64,000 nt of DNA from Takakia lepidozioides (GCA_030704615.1 CM060731.1:32302001-32366000), one strand, 5' to 3'; positions 24,770-38,569 are shown, numbered from the stretch's first letter. A program made the numbers and translations. The notes: generated by a model from the sequence alone, not told the origin.

Positions 24770-24842
24770 ACTAAGTCATGAACAGCCAGATGTGACAGGC
24801 ATCTGGTGAGATCATGGTGGATGAAGAATTAAAGAATTTGAT

Positions 24843-25337
24843 GTGAATCAAATTCCCTGTGAAACGGAGAAGGAAAGATTGTCCAAACGATTCTTTCAGA
24901 GGTTCTTGGAATTGCCAGACGGTTGTAAAGAAAACATTCTTAAGAGAGTGCATGATGCTGACCCTGAGTGGGGTCTGGAGAAAGGGGTGATAAAGATTTA
25001 TCAGGTGGCCTGTAGAGGAAGAGCACATTGGTTACCAACACTGGTTTATGTGATAGCATTGCTATCCATTAAGCGAGTAGAGTTTGAAGGTTGGGAGGAA
25101 AGGAAGGTGAATGTTTATACTCATATGCATGAAGAGCTTGTACTGGTAAAGAATTGGATTCCAAAGGATATTTTGTGGATCAAACTCACACCAAGAACAG
25201 CTTTCCAGACTTGTTTGCCATACGGTTATATGGTAACGAAGACTTCTAGTATAGCCAAGGGTGCATTGAAGCTTGAAAGAAACCCAGGCATATACGAGAG
25301 ATACTACAGAAGAGAGTTTTGGTTATTGCCACATTAA
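24843..25337 (+). CDS. Unknown ORF 5' of gag (separate ORF or decayed gag N-terminal extension)
   Basis: 164-codon open frame, in frame with gag but separated from it by two stops. Confidence 0.45.
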   Translation: MNQIPCETEKERLSKRFFQRFLELPDGCKENILKRVHDADPEWGLEKGVIKIYQVACRGRAHWLPTLVYVIALLSIKRVEFEGWEERKVNVYTHMHEELVLVKNWIPKDILWIKLTPRTAFQTCLPYGYMVTKTSSIAKGALKLERNPGIYERYYRREFWLLPH

Positions 25338-25358
25338 AAGAAATGAAAGACATGGGAC

Positions 25359-27302
25359 ATGAGTGATGAAAGAGAAGCTAGACTCCAGAGATATTCAACA
25401 AAAAGAGAAAGTTATCTGAAAGCTAATTATCCATATCTTTGGGAGAGAGGAATAGACATAGGGGAATTATCTGGACCTCTCACACCATTAAGATCAGAGA
25501 GTACATCACCCATACCGGAAGAACTAGAGTTGGATGCCACTCCTTCTTTTTCTTTGAAAGAAAGATTAAGGGAATTGGTACGGGAAGAAGATCAACCACA
25601 AGGTGAAAGATCTGAGCTACATCCCTGGATAAAAGATTTGACAGAAATCTTTGATAAGAGTTGGCATGGAACACCAAAAGCAGGAACTCCAGTTTCTGAA
25701 ACGGAAGATGAAGAAGGAGGAGAGGATGTGGTAGAACCAACGGAGAGTTCAGACTCTCCAACACCATTGCAGTTGAGTTACATGAGTGAAGAAGAAACCC
25801 AAGGGAAGAACTTGGAGGATGAAAACAGAGAGAAGAAATTGGAAGAGGAAGAGTATGAAGAAGTAGACCCAACAGCTCAGGTTGATACTACAACCAGGAC
25901 ATCGCAACCCGTTGGACCTGGATCAAGTGGAGCACTTGGATCACAGGCCAATGAAGATGTCGGCTCAGGGGGATCAGGCGGGCAGCCTAGATCTGGCTCT
26001 GGGGGGACAGGGAGTGTGGGAAGTAGTGCAAATGGAGCTGGGAATACTGTGAATATCGTGGGGCCAGTAGCAGGGAGTGCTCAGGGGCCACCACTGGGTG
26101 GAAGATCCACCACAACTACAACAGGTCCTCAAGGACCAGCACCAGCAAGGGTGCCAGCATCTATCAGTGGGCAGAGGGTAAGGCCATAGATGGCGTTACA
26201 ACCAACACGGGCAAAACCACCTTTTCCAATATATTCAGGAAAAGGGGATCCCGATGTACACATTAGCCAATTTGAGCACATGTGTATAGTGAATAATGAG
26301 AATGGCGATGATGCCAAGATGAGACTGTTTCCTTGTTCACTTATCAAGAAAGCAAGTGAATGGTATGCAAGATTCCCTGATAATCATTTCCTAACCTGGA
26401 ATGGCTTGAATACAACATTCCGAAATAGGTTCAGGACAAGTAAACTGAGGATGAAGTGTATGGAAGTTTACAACAGTTAAAGGAAAATAAGCATGAAACT
26501 GTTAAGGAGTATATGGAAGAAATGGAATTGATGATGAAAAAGCTGGCTGCTGTACCAGCACCACGTTTATTGAAGACTTGGTTTGTGAGTGGACTAAGAC
26601 CAGAGTTGCAAAAGAAAGTGGATATGTTACCCCATAATACAGTGGGGGAGGCATTTGAAACAGCGAACAGAATTGAGCAATTGGGAATGCTCAGGAGAGA
26701 AAAGAGATGAGGAGGACTTTGAGGATGAGTCGGATGAGGAAGAAGAGCAAGAACTGAAAAGGAAGAGTAAGAGAAAGGAGAAATTGAAGAGGGATAACTA
26801 TGAGAAAAGATTAGAAGAAATCTTGAAGAAGTATGCCACAGAGGCTGCAACACATTGGAGGAAGGGTGTTTGGTGTGCAAAGTGCCAGAATGAAGGCCAT
26901 ACCACCACTGAATGCCACATGAAGGAGAAACACTGTACTATCTGTAAAATGGATAACCTTTCTACTGAGAATTGTTACTACAACAGAAGGACAACAGCTA
27001 GAGAACCTAGGCAAGTAAGGGTGCATCAAGTGCAGCCCCAGCCAAGAAGAAACAGTGATCAGGACCACTATGGAAGGCTTGGTGGTTATAACAATGGCAT
27101 GGTAGGGAGAGGGAATTCAAGAGGGAATTACCAAGGAAATTCCAGAGGCAACTATCAGGGTAATCCAAGGGGGAATTACCAGCCAGGGAATCAGGATTAC
27201 AGAAATAATCCAAGAGCAGACCAAGGGCGAGGACCCAATGGTGAAGAATTGTGTTACTATTGTAATCAGCCAGGACATCGCAAGGCAGCCTGTTCATTCT
27301 AG
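25359..27302 (+). pseudogene. gag: gag (capsid-like region plus three CCHC zinc knuckles), disrupted
   Basis: PIYSGKGDPDVHISQFE...LFPCSL...WY; CAKCQNEGHTTTEC, CTICKMDN(L/H)STENC and CYYCNQPGHRKAAC. The TAG at 27300 is TGG in copy E, so gag-pol was ancestrally one ORF. Confidence 0.9.
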
Positions 27303-27320
27303 ATTAGACACCAGAATGAG

Positions 27321-30300
27321 ATGAGAGCTCCTGTGAATGAGGGCCCAGTGGTAGCAGCTCACATGGTTAGGCCATGTGTTGTACTAGAAGTAAGTACAAT
27401 GATAGTAACAAGAAGCAAAGCCAAACTAATACCTCCAGTAGTTGAGGAAGATGGTGATAATGAAGATGGCAGTGATGTGCCTGAAGATGATGAGGCTTGG
27501 AGAGATGAGAAAGAACTGCACAAAGAAGTGGCAGATACCATAAGGGAAATGCAGAAGAGTACTGATATTCCTATGGCAGATTCCTCTGATTCTGATGGAG
27601 AAGAAGAAGTGAGTGAGAATGAAAAAAAGAAAGAAGTTGCAGACATGCAGAGTAATGAAGGGACTTTGGCTGAAGTAATATGCCAGACCAAAGCAGAGAT
27701 TACCATTGGACAGCTATTGGCTGTGGCACCTTATTGTAGACACAGGCTGTATCAAGCAATCAATCGAATTGCCCACGTGACAGGAAATACAGACCTGAAC
27801 AGCAAGGTGACCAGCTATAATGTGAAGCCGGAAGGGCGAGAAACGGTCATGGACTTTGATGATTCTATGCCAGTAATCCAATTGAGAATTGGAAGCACAG
27901 AACTAACTGATGTACTGATAGATGGAGGCTCTAGAGTGAATATCATGACAGACCAATTAAGGCAGAAGCTTGGTCTAAGTAACATGAAACCAGCCCCATT
28001 TACAGTAACAATGGCAGATCAAAGAAGTGTACAGCCATTGGGATTGATAAGTGGAGTTAAGATACAGATTCAAAAGATGATCTTTATGATCACAGTAACT
28101 GTGTTGAAAATGGATGAAGTCATGGAGGCTTACTCCTTATTATTGGGACGTCCGTGGCTGAAACAGGCCAGGGTATCCCATGACTGGAATTCCTAGTTAC
28201 TAACTGTGCATAAGGGGATGCACAAGATACAAATTACCACTAAGAAATCTAGTAGATTACCTACGAGAAGACCTCGAGGGGTCAGGGAGTATGATTGGAG
28301 GGGAGGACTCGATGAGGAGCAGGAAGCTCCCCTGTTTGCTGCACACCCAGAGTGGGAGCAGGTTGCAGAGATGCAGCTGGAAGACCTAAGTTGTCTAAAA
28401 GGTATCTGCGGTGGTGTAGTGACAGCAACACCAATTGAAGGTGAAATAAGCAGTTACCCACCACATTTTTATGAAGAAAGAGAAGGAGAAATGGAAATCC
28501 TAGAGGAACCAGCCACTGTGAGTTTACAGGATGAAGTGGTGACTGGTTGGACAATCACAGCTGATGAGCAGGTGAGAGAAGTGAATGTAGGAACTGAAGA
28601 GGAACCGAGGATGGTGGAGGTAGGGGCTGATTTGGAGCCAGAATTCTTTGAAGAAGCTAAGAGTTTGTTCATCAAATACAGAGATGTATTTGCTTGGAGC
28701 TACGAGGATCTAAAAGGGATACCACGTGAGATCTGTCAGCATAAGATTGAATTGGAACCAGGGTCAGTACCAATCAAACAGGCAAGGTACAGAATGAATC
28801 CCAACTACGCACAGAAGGTTGGAGAAGAGATCAAGAAGCTGGCTGAGGCTAAGTTTATATACCCGATAGAGTATACAACTTGGTTGTCACCCATTGTGAT
28901 AGTTCCCAAGAAGAATGGTAAACTGAGAGTTTGTGTGAACTATAAGAAGTTGAATGCTTGCACGAAGAAAGATCCTTTTCCTTTGCCATTCACAGAAGCG
29001 GTATTGGACACTGTGGTAGGCCATGAGATGTACTCATTCATGGATGGCTTCAGTGGTTATAATCAAGTGCAAGTGGCAGAAGAAGACCAGGGAAAGACGG
29101 CTTTCATCACAGACTGGGGTGCTTATGCATACAAAGTCATGTCTTTTGGACTTTGTAATGCACCAGCAACCTTTCAGAGAGTGATAAGTGAATCTTTTCA
29201 TGAGTATCTGGATGACTTCATGCAGGTGTTCTTGGATGATTTCAGTGTGTACAGCTCTAAGAATGAGCACTTGCATAAATTGGAGTTATGTTTGGCCAGA
29301 TGTAGAATGAGAGGTCTGGGCCTGAATCCAGAGAAGTGTACTTTCTGTGTGAACTCAGGGGTGCTTTTGGGACACATTGTGTGTAAGATGGGACTTCTTG
29401 TGGATCCCAGGAAGACAGAGGCCATTAAAGCCTCACCACCACCAGTAAATGTTAAGAGTTTAAGGAGATTCCTTGGACAAACCAGTTATTACAGAAGATT
29501 TGTCAAAAGGTATGCACAAATAGCAGCACCATTGAGCAAGCTTCTGAAGAAAGATGCAGTGTTTGCATGGACAGCTGAATGTCAACAGGCTTTTGAGGAA
29601 CTTACATTGTCAGTAACAACTACACCTGTGCTGATTAACCCTCACTGGCATGTAATATTTCATGTTCACTGTGATGCCTCAGGAGAAGCGTTGGGAGCGG
29701 TGTTAGCCCAGAATGTTACAGGAAATATAGATTCACCTGTGTACTATGCTAGCAGGTTGATGAACAGTGCTGAAAGGAACTATAGCACAACTGAAAGAGA
29801 AGCACTTGGCAATGATTTATGCAGTCAAGAAATTCAGGCATTACCTATTGGGAAGAAAGTTTATGTTTTATGTGGATCACGAGGCTCTGATATATCTGGT
29901 GAACAAACCTGTGATAAGTGGAAGGATAGCGAGGTGGTTAATAATCTTGCAGGAGTTTGAGTTCGAAGTTGTTTACAAGCCTGGCCGTTTGCATCTTGTG
30001 ACAGATCATTTGTCACGACTAACAACAGGAGAGGCCGCCACAGGAGTAGACGATCAGTTACCTGATGCGAGTTTATTTGAAATGGAGGTGCAAGGAAGTG
30101 CAGATGAATGGTTAGATTGGCAGTGGCCAATCAGATACTACCTTACTCATGGTCAATGCCCACCTAGTTATGGTAAGGAGCAGAGGAAGAGAATCGCTAT
30201 CAAGGCTTTACCTTATACTATGGTAGGAAACAGAATGTATAAGCTAGGACCTGATGGAGTACTTAAACGATGCTTGTACCACCATGAAGTAAATAAAGTT

Positions 30301-31500
30301 TTGGAGGAAGTTCATAAAGGAGTGGTTGGAGGTCATTTTGGAGAAGAGACTACCAGTAGGAAGATACTACTCGCAGGTTACTGGTGGCCTACTTTGTTCA
30401 AAGATGTACACAAGTATTGTCAGAGTTGTGATGAATGTCAGAGGCTAGGACCTTTGCAGAGATCTGGGAAGATGGCTTTGCATCCTACAATGCCTACTGA
30501 ACCATTTCAGAAATGGGGACTAGACTTTGTTGGACCAATTAACCCACCGGCCAAGAATACACAGAACAAGTACATAATTACAGCCACTGATTATACTACG
30601 AAGTGGGTGGAAGCTAAAGCTTTGAGGGACAACACAACGAAGTCCACAGCAAGGTTCCTGTATGAGAACATACTTACACGATTTGGCTGTCCCTTGGAAT
30701 TTATCAGTGACCAGGGAAGTCACTTCATTAATGAGACCATTGATCTATTGACTAAAGAGTTCATGATTGGGCATAGGAAGAGTACAACGTATTACCCACA
30801 AGGTCATGGGCAGGCAGAGGCTACCAACAAAATACTATGTACTATCTTGGCTAAGATAGTCAATGCAAACAGAACGGATTGGGATACAAAGCTGCTGACA
30901 GCTTTGTGGTCATACAGGTCTTTATATAAAGTCACCACTAAGTATACACCATTCCAATTAGTTTATGGTATGGAAGCTTTACTTCCAGTGGAATTCCTGT
31001 TACCTACCATGAGAACGGAATGGGGAAAGAGAATGGAATTGCAAGATTCAATTAAGGTCAGGAAACATGAATTATACCATGTGGAAGAAGTACGTGCTGA
31101 TGCAGCTGATAACATGACCAGAATTCAGATGAAGAGAAAGGAACAGTTTGATGAAGGCAAATTAAAGACTTTTAAGACGGGAGATTTGGTTCTCTGGTTG
31201 CAGAAGAAAGGAAAGATTAAAGCTTCTAAGCTCAAATCACCATGGAAATGACCTTATGTCATACAGAAGATGTATGATAACAACACCGCCATGTTATAAA
31301 CCATTAACAAAGAGATGCTGGGAAGAGTCAATGCCAATAAGTTGAAGGGGTACAGTGGTATCCATGACAAACCATTGCAGCATGATTTGCATGTTGAAAC
31401 GCAAAAACAATCACGGGCTGCGCCAGTGATACCAACGGAGTATGGAGCACTTGTCACTAAGCCGAGCGTATATGACCAGGGCGGGCAGAACAAGAGCGAC
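27321..31500 (+). pseudogene. pol: pol: protease, RT, RNase H, integrase (GPY/F), disrupted
   Basis: VLIDGGS; FMDGFSGYNQ and VFLDDF; [14 protein letters not shown] and YVDHEAL; [20 protein letters not shown] and GQAEATN; KLKSPWK(G)PY. No chromodomain. Confidence 0.95.
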
Positions 31501-34262
31501 ACAGCCTATCACAGCCCAGCACGGCGCGACACAGCCTATCACAGCCTAGCAAGGCGCGACACAGCCTATCACAGCCCAGCAAGGCGTGTAGTGTGAAAAG
31601 AAGGGGGCATAAATCCCCTTCTAGTTAACTCCTAAATTGTTCCTTACCCAAATATACACTTACTGCCCTATGACTCACACCACAGGTAATTACTTCTACT
31701 CTATTCATGATCAGAGATTGGGTACCCTCATCCACGCCGCAGCGGAAGAGAAGACATGGACAGGGGTTGAGAAGTTTCTCTAATTTATAACTTGGCTCAT
31801 TTATAAACAGGGTATTGCATATGCCAGGGTTCTGTTTCCTAAATGTTTCAACACATACATTATCACAAAATCAGGTTAGCCAACACCCATGAAGGGCAAT
31901 CCCTTGATAATACTGGCAGGCCAATTCCATGAAATGCACATCAAGTTTTGTGGTCACTGGTTCAACTACAACCAGCTCCGGGTTTTCCACACACATAGCC
32001 TCACTTTGATGATCCACCATTCCTCTTTCAAGAGCTCTTTTCCCCATCCCTTTGCATCAAGGACATATGACACTTTCAACCCTCTCAATCCCTTCTTGCA
32101 GATACAAATGGGCTACCAATAATCACCCTCAAGTGATCTTCTCTGTTGCAGGCCTCAGCCCCTGCATGCTTCTAAGTATATCATGCAATCAGCAGCCAAC
32201 AGGTTTACTTCCACCTGATTCATTCTCTCTGAAAATACTACTGCCTAACCTAATTATATGCATGTTGCCCTCATTGTAAGTCATGGGCACTTCTTCTTTA
32301 CTCTCCCTCATTCACATCCTCCCAAAACAGGAAGCATCCTATGTTAAGAACTGACTTCCCAACTTCTTGCAACACTCCACATAACTTCCACCCTGCCTCA
32401 CTTTCTCTCTACCACCAGGACTGGTATGAATTCCAGAAGTCTCCATTCCATTTTCCAAAATCTTTTTCTGTCTCTCTCATTTCCATTGAGAGTATCTCTA
32501 CCAAAATTCCATAGCAACTATTCCTAAGTGGAAGAAGAAGAAGCCTCTATTCCTCAATCTGAGAGAAGCCACTATTCCTAAGTCAGAGAAGAGCCATGCA
32601 TCTACGAACTTAGCTGTCTTATACTCCAGCTGAAGCGGTGGGATTGCCTGCCCAAAATGGCACCTCACCATCTCTGTCAGCAGCTACCCTAACTCCTCTT
32701 GTCGTTTGAATGCCACGTTGTAAAAACAAAGATCTATGCATGTCAGATCCTATCATCGCTCTGCCACTCCACCTTTCAGATATTCATCGATTCAAGCGTT
32801 CAGTGAGTCATGACGGCTCTGTTTCAGCCCATGGCAATAACCCTGTCGCTTGCCAACTAACTACCCTATCCCACCATCTCTGCTAATCTACCCTAAGATC
32901 TGATATGATAACAAGAAGACAGTCATCATCTGAAAGCTTCTTGCTCTATACATTTCACTCTTTGCCTCCTTATTTACAGATAACCTGATTCATTGTCCAC
33001 AAGCCAATGCCCTCATTCTGGCGATTGCACCAGTCAACATGTGGCCAAGTCAGTAATCCCATCGCTGCCCGTCATCTGGCAGCAATTGCTTCTCCCACAA
33101 GTGCAGCTTTCAATAATCGCAGTATCAGTTTGCACACCCTACCTCTGGCAGATGCTCGTCATGTGGAGCTGCTCCATCACCTTAACTAGCCTTTGATTGT
33201 GCCAGCAACCCCACCTTCCTATTCCCTGGCAGCAGGCTGTTTCCCTTGCAAGTTCATCCTCCCTGTCATCGAGGTCATGAGAGTAACAACGGCACTACCG
33301 CCCCTCCACCGAGCTGCTTTCCCCGCAACTCCTACACCTTCAGAGGTCAAATCACAGGCAACACCGCCTCTATGCCTTCATTACTTCTGTCAGTAGCACA
33401 TGATATTACTTCCCTTGCCCTTCATGAATCGTCCTGCAGCACTCCCTTTCTTCAAAGCTATGAAACGATTACTGCACCGCCTCCCTTCACCTGGCTTGAG
33501 AACAAATTACCTAGCTGTTCCCTGCACAATTATCCTCCAGTAAGCCCTAAGCTACCCATTCACCATAGCACCGATGGCACCGCCTGTTAACTGATTGCTC
33601 CATCGCATGCCACGCCGATCTCCCTGTAAGCATATCCTCTAGAAATCAATCATTACCAAGAAGATGGCGGCACCGCTTTCCCTGCTGCACAGATAGCATC
33701 TGCTCAGAGCCCCCGTCATCTGCCCCTTCGTCTTCCTCGTCCCACGTTTCTAGGGTAACCGCCAGTGATGAAAGTCGTCCACTTTCACGAACGGAAAACG
33801 TGCTAGGTTTCGTTAACATAGTTAATCACAAATTCATTGCATCCTTGGCACAGGATCCTTCGTCCTCGTTCCTGGGAGTCATCCAGTAAGCATGGATGTA
33901 ATCCATTCATCCCACGGATGAAAATACGCATGGTCATGACTTAGCCATTTTTATCCTGGCAAAGCATAAGCACAGTATGCCCATGAAATTACCTGTATGC
34001 AGGGATATATCCCTCCTGCAGTTGTACCCGGGCACTCCCGTTGTAGTGATGCAGGGTCTTAACGGTAAAACAAAAATGTAATGTCACTCCCCTGCATTCA
34101 CACTACAGGCGCGACACAACATATCACAGCCCAGCACGGCGCAATACAGCCTGTCACAACCTACCACGGCGTGTCACAGCCTATCACAGCTTACCACATT
34201 GCAACACAGCCTATCACAGCGTACCACAGTATGACACAGCCTGTCACAGCTCAACACAGCCT
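31495..34262 (+). repeat. 30-bp tandem repeat (GACACAGCCTATCACAGCCCAGCACGGCGC-like) between pol and the extra ORF, split by the solo LTR
   Basis: Units at 31498-31586 and 34108-34262. Homologous uninterrupted arrays at about 52380-52710 and 58770-59055. Confidence 0.85.
31587..34107. mobile_element. 2521-bp solo LTR of an unrelated family
   Basis: Perfect 11-bp terminal inverted repeats TGTAGTGTGAA...TTCACACTACA and a 4-bp TSD GGCG (31583-31586 / 34108-34111). Absent from copies D and E. No RT or INT motifs. Confidence 0.85.
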
Positions 34263-34757
34263 ACTAGGGTTACACAATCCATAAAATCAGTGACAGGTGG
34301 ACGCATGATAACTTCAGGGAAATGGCCGGAGGAAGAAAGGACGGAAGCCAGTTTAGAAAGGGACACGTGGAAGTCAGGGTGCAACACACAGCTGAGAAGG
34401 AAGTGCAAGAACAGGTGTCATCAAGAAAGAGGACAAGAATGGCCGTCAAAATACCTACTTAGCACGTCAATTCGGATGAATGGCGGGCCCATTAATGAAT
34501 ACGGAAAAAGGGCAACAGAACAAACGGCAAGTACAGAAAAACGAAATTCTTGTCACATGTGTTATCCTAGTGGACAGTCCAGCAGGGAAAGTCCACTAAA
34601 GAAAATTAAATCTAAAATCCAGTCACAACGGTTACAGCCAATCGAAAGCTAGAAAAGGGATCAAGAAATTGGAGGGAATTTAAGCGCAAGAGTCGGCGTC
34701 GTTCTAAGTAACGGGCGTCTTGACGGGAGAAACCATCAATGCTATAGCTTTGAAGCT

Positions 34758-37700
34758 ATGGAGGAACTAACAAACTATACGCTCGCAATATTACTTACGC
34801 AGTGGTATAGGGACGGAAGAACAGAGCGAATCTTTTCTCTTAATCGATGCTTGCAAGCCCCGCAGGCTTACAAGAAATTACCCATGGCTTTTTGTGGCAA
34901 CCATACGTTTATGCTTTGTGCCCTGCACGCATTTCTTCAATTGTTACACCCAAAACCTTTCTGTGGGTCTAGAATGAAGAGAGTGAGAGGAATGGAAGAA
35001 ATCAGGGTGAAGAGCACCACAATCCTGCAGAAACAAACGATTGCTACTCCACAGGCGGTACAATTACTGAAGGAGCTGCGATTGGAAGGATTGCAAAGCA
35101 AAGATTGGACATTGCACCATAGACAGTACATGTTACAATTCTTGCAGAACTTTGAGCCTAGGACAGGAGCAACAACGGTGAAATGAGTTGAATTAGAAAT
35201 TACTCCCCTATACCTACAACAATTGTTTCAATTGCCAGCAGGTCAGGTGCATGTGGAGGAGCACAGGGCAAGACTACAAATAGGGGACTTATTCCAAGAA
35301 GGGAGTTTCTTTAAAACTCAGGGTTATGCTTGTACCAAGGCCGTGTACCCAGGGCTAAGGGAGGTAGGCTAGGTATTGAACGTTCTGTTTGCCATGAAAC
35401 AGAACCAACAGTATTTGAGCAGATCCTTCACAGAGGAAATACTCAAAGCCCTGAGAGGAGAAGAGGTAGCATGGGCGGACATAATGTACAACGCACTGGT
35501 AGAGGAGATGAAAAGATTACAGGGCACTGCCGCAAAGTCTCCTATCATAGTATCTGGCCCAATCATTGCTCAAATAATTCTTGATTCTTGCATACTTGAT
35601 GCTCGAGAAAAAAAGAAGATGGGAGTGTTTGAGACTGAAACCACTGCAATGGAAGAGCAAGGCTCTTCACACAGTGAGGGTGGACTGGCAGGGCAACCCC
35701 AGACTAAGAGACACAGGCGGGGAAAGACTATAGTGGTGGATCCACTGGCTTCACGGAAACCGCATGATAATGTTTCCCAAGTTCTTGTGCAGGAAGGGGC
35801 ACAGCAGCACAGAGAACTGCTATTATTGGAAGCGGGACCTTCAGAGAGGGAAGAGGAAGTTACTTCAGTATCACAGCCATCACAGCCAGATGATCGGCTT
35901 GTCACAGAGTTACCACAAGTTGTCCATGCAGTTCCACCAGAAATAATTGATTTGGAGAAAGAAAGGTTAGATATTCCCACTACAGAACAGGTGGTGGCAG
36001 AAATTGAGAAGGGGGACCTTCTCTATGAATATTCTGGTCTGGTCAAGGACACAATGATTTCGGAGGTGCAACAGTTGTACAGGGGAAACCCTGCGGTGCA
36101 TATAATACACACACCTGTGACGGAGGTACCACAGGTAGAATGTCAAGACACTGCAGCACCGGTGACGAATGAAGTGGTTCAGGAAGAAAATCTGGTGGGG
36201 CAATGGCCTGAGTGGTTCGTGAGGCATCACACTGTTGAGGATCAAGGAGAACAACAGCAAGCTCACCATGATGACCCTCAACAGGCCATGCTTATGAGTT
36301 CCATAAGCAGGACACTTAATTTGTTGGGGACTTATGTCAAATCCCATGTTCCAACTACCCAATTGGCAGCTTTGAGGGAGGAACTCAGGACGGAATTTGA
36401 GGCTCGACTTGCCACTGAGTGTGCAAACAAGGTCGATGAAGAGGTCACTCTCAAGATGCAGCAAGACTTGGAGAGTACAGAGGCGGCTTTGCAATTGGCC
36501 AAGGAACAATTAATTGAGGCAGGCCTCGCGCAAGACCAGTTGCACGAAGCACATAAGCAACAGCTATACCAAATGCAGGTGAAGCATGAAAGCAAGTTGC
36601 AAGAAGTGAATGCACTACATACGGAGTTGCAGACAGTGCATGACAGAATGGCCATACAATGCGCTACACTCACAACTATGCTTGACCAAGCTACAATAGA
36701 AATAAACAGTCAAGCGGGAAGATGTACGAAGGCAGAGACAGAGAATGTTGAGCAATTGAAACTCATTGTCGATATGAAGAATACAATCTGTCGCAATGAG
36801 AATACTTTCAAACAATACAGGCAGGTTGAAGCTGACCAAGAGAGGTACATCCTGGAGTTGCAACAAACGCTCATGGTAAATAGAAATGAACTCTCTATCG
36901 CTAACAAGGCTTGGAAGGAAGCCAATAATCTGGCTGCTGCCTATGCGAGTTTGGTTGAACCTCATGCGAAGCGCATGGAGGCTTTACAGCAGCAGATAGA
37001 TGTGTACAGGCTCACAGAGGAGAAAACTCTAAGGGGTGCCACAAACAACTTGGTGGATAACCACCTTATGCAGGTCTGGTTAACACAAGGGCCGATAGAG
37101 GGCAAAGCACCAAGAAAGCTCACCCAACGCGAGATGAATGAGCTCAGACTGCAAGTGCAGAATATTGCCACAACTACTATAGACAATGTCTATAGTACAA
37201 TAGCAGAGTTACAGGAGGATGTAGACGGCCTGCAGACTCAAGTGGAGGACCTCACTTCAAATATCGACAAAAGAGTCTGTATACCTGAGGAACAGCTAAT
37301 GGCTTCTTATTTACAAGCGAGAACTTTAGCTTTTCAGTCTTCTTCACAGGGGGTGCAGGAGATGCCAATGGTACGAGAGCTAGTGCCACCAACACCACAA
37401 CAAGTCACTGTGCCAGGAGCTGACCCTGTTGTTACTACAGCCACACCACAGCCACCAGAGCCTGAGGTATGGGGGAATGCTGCTTTTAACCCACCTAAAA
37501 CTCCAGCTGCACGAGAGTACAGTCGGACTATGATTATGCCCTTCAACCAAATTCCCATTGTGTTGGATTTGGCTTGGAAAGAATTTAGTCCTCCGCAGTC
37601 ATTGGCACATTACTATCAAATCATGCGCATTTGGCTGCCAGTGGCCACTAGGACTAAAGTTCTTCCGAACAATCGACCAATTGAGGATCATCACTTTGCG

Positions 37701-38531
37701 CAGTACTGGCATGAGGCAAGTACCATGTTGAAGGAATTAATTGCCTTCCAAGTTATACATGGATTCATTTATACCAAGACCAAAGAGGTAGCAAGTATTG
37801 TCATGGGCTGCGGGTTATACTACGCTACTTGTTTTCTGGTACGTTATCACATTGAGCAACAGAAGATGCAAACGCGCTTTCTGAGTTATTCCATTGGGGA
37901 TCATTGGGTCTTACCTTCAGTGCCACCTCATATGTACCTATATGAGGCAAAAGTTATGATGCAAAAGGATTCTCAGATTCCTTCATGGTTTCATGCGGCC
38001 TGGAACAATTTGTCAACACAGAAATTTGGGCCTGACGATATTTTCTTTAAGAGACATGAGGCATGGAAATATTTGCACAATTCACAAGTCATTGGTACAC
38101 CACTCATCTGGACAGACAAGGAGCTCAGGGTCTTCACCAATTTTGCAATTCAGCGCTTACAACAAGTTTTATAGTTTAAACTTCCAGACATGGTGAGACA
38201 ACATTGTATGCCCCAGAGAATTCCAGTTAAAGTTTGACAGTTAAAACACCTCAGGGGGGACGAGGATTCTGATACAACTGTTTCTTCAGCGGACTCTTTT
38301 GACATGGCAGAGGACTATGCAATTCAGATGGCAGAGAAGAAGCGACGGGGGTCTCCTATGCCTGAAAGATTACCTCGATATCAGCCTCCAGAGGGACTGA
38401 CATATCCAGGTAGTGTTCAATCATCTCCCTCAACCAGTGACAGAACACGGGCTCGCACACGGAGTCCTTCACGAGACTCTAACCGTCAGAAGGGTGCTCG
38501 CTCACAAAGGGTTACAAATCCCAAACAGTAA
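34758..38531 (+). pseudogene. Large extra (env-position) ORF of about 1200 aa: plant-transposon-protein-like N-terminus, acidic linker, long coiled coil, unknown C-terminal domain
   Basis: One reading frame with a few stops; the 932-aa segment is 35376-38174. QFLQNFEP..TTVKGVEL.ITP resembles Athila-type accessory ORFs. Heptad-rich region at about 36370-37270. Ends about 20 bp before the PPT. Conserved in copies B-E. Confidence 0.85.
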
Positions 38532-38552
38532 ACCGTGAGGACACGGCTTTTT

Positions 38553-38566
38553 GAGAGGGGAAGGGG
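38553..38566 (+). promoter_or_regulatory. Polypurine tract
   Basis: GAGAGGGGAAGGGG directly before TAA and the LTR start TGTTAG. Confidence 0.9.
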
Positions 38567-38569
38567 TAA

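Noticed and set aside
31587-34107. CACTA element
   Set aside because: The termini are TGTAGTG...CACTACA (inside-out for CACTA), the TSD is 4 bp rather than 3, and there are no subterminal repeats.
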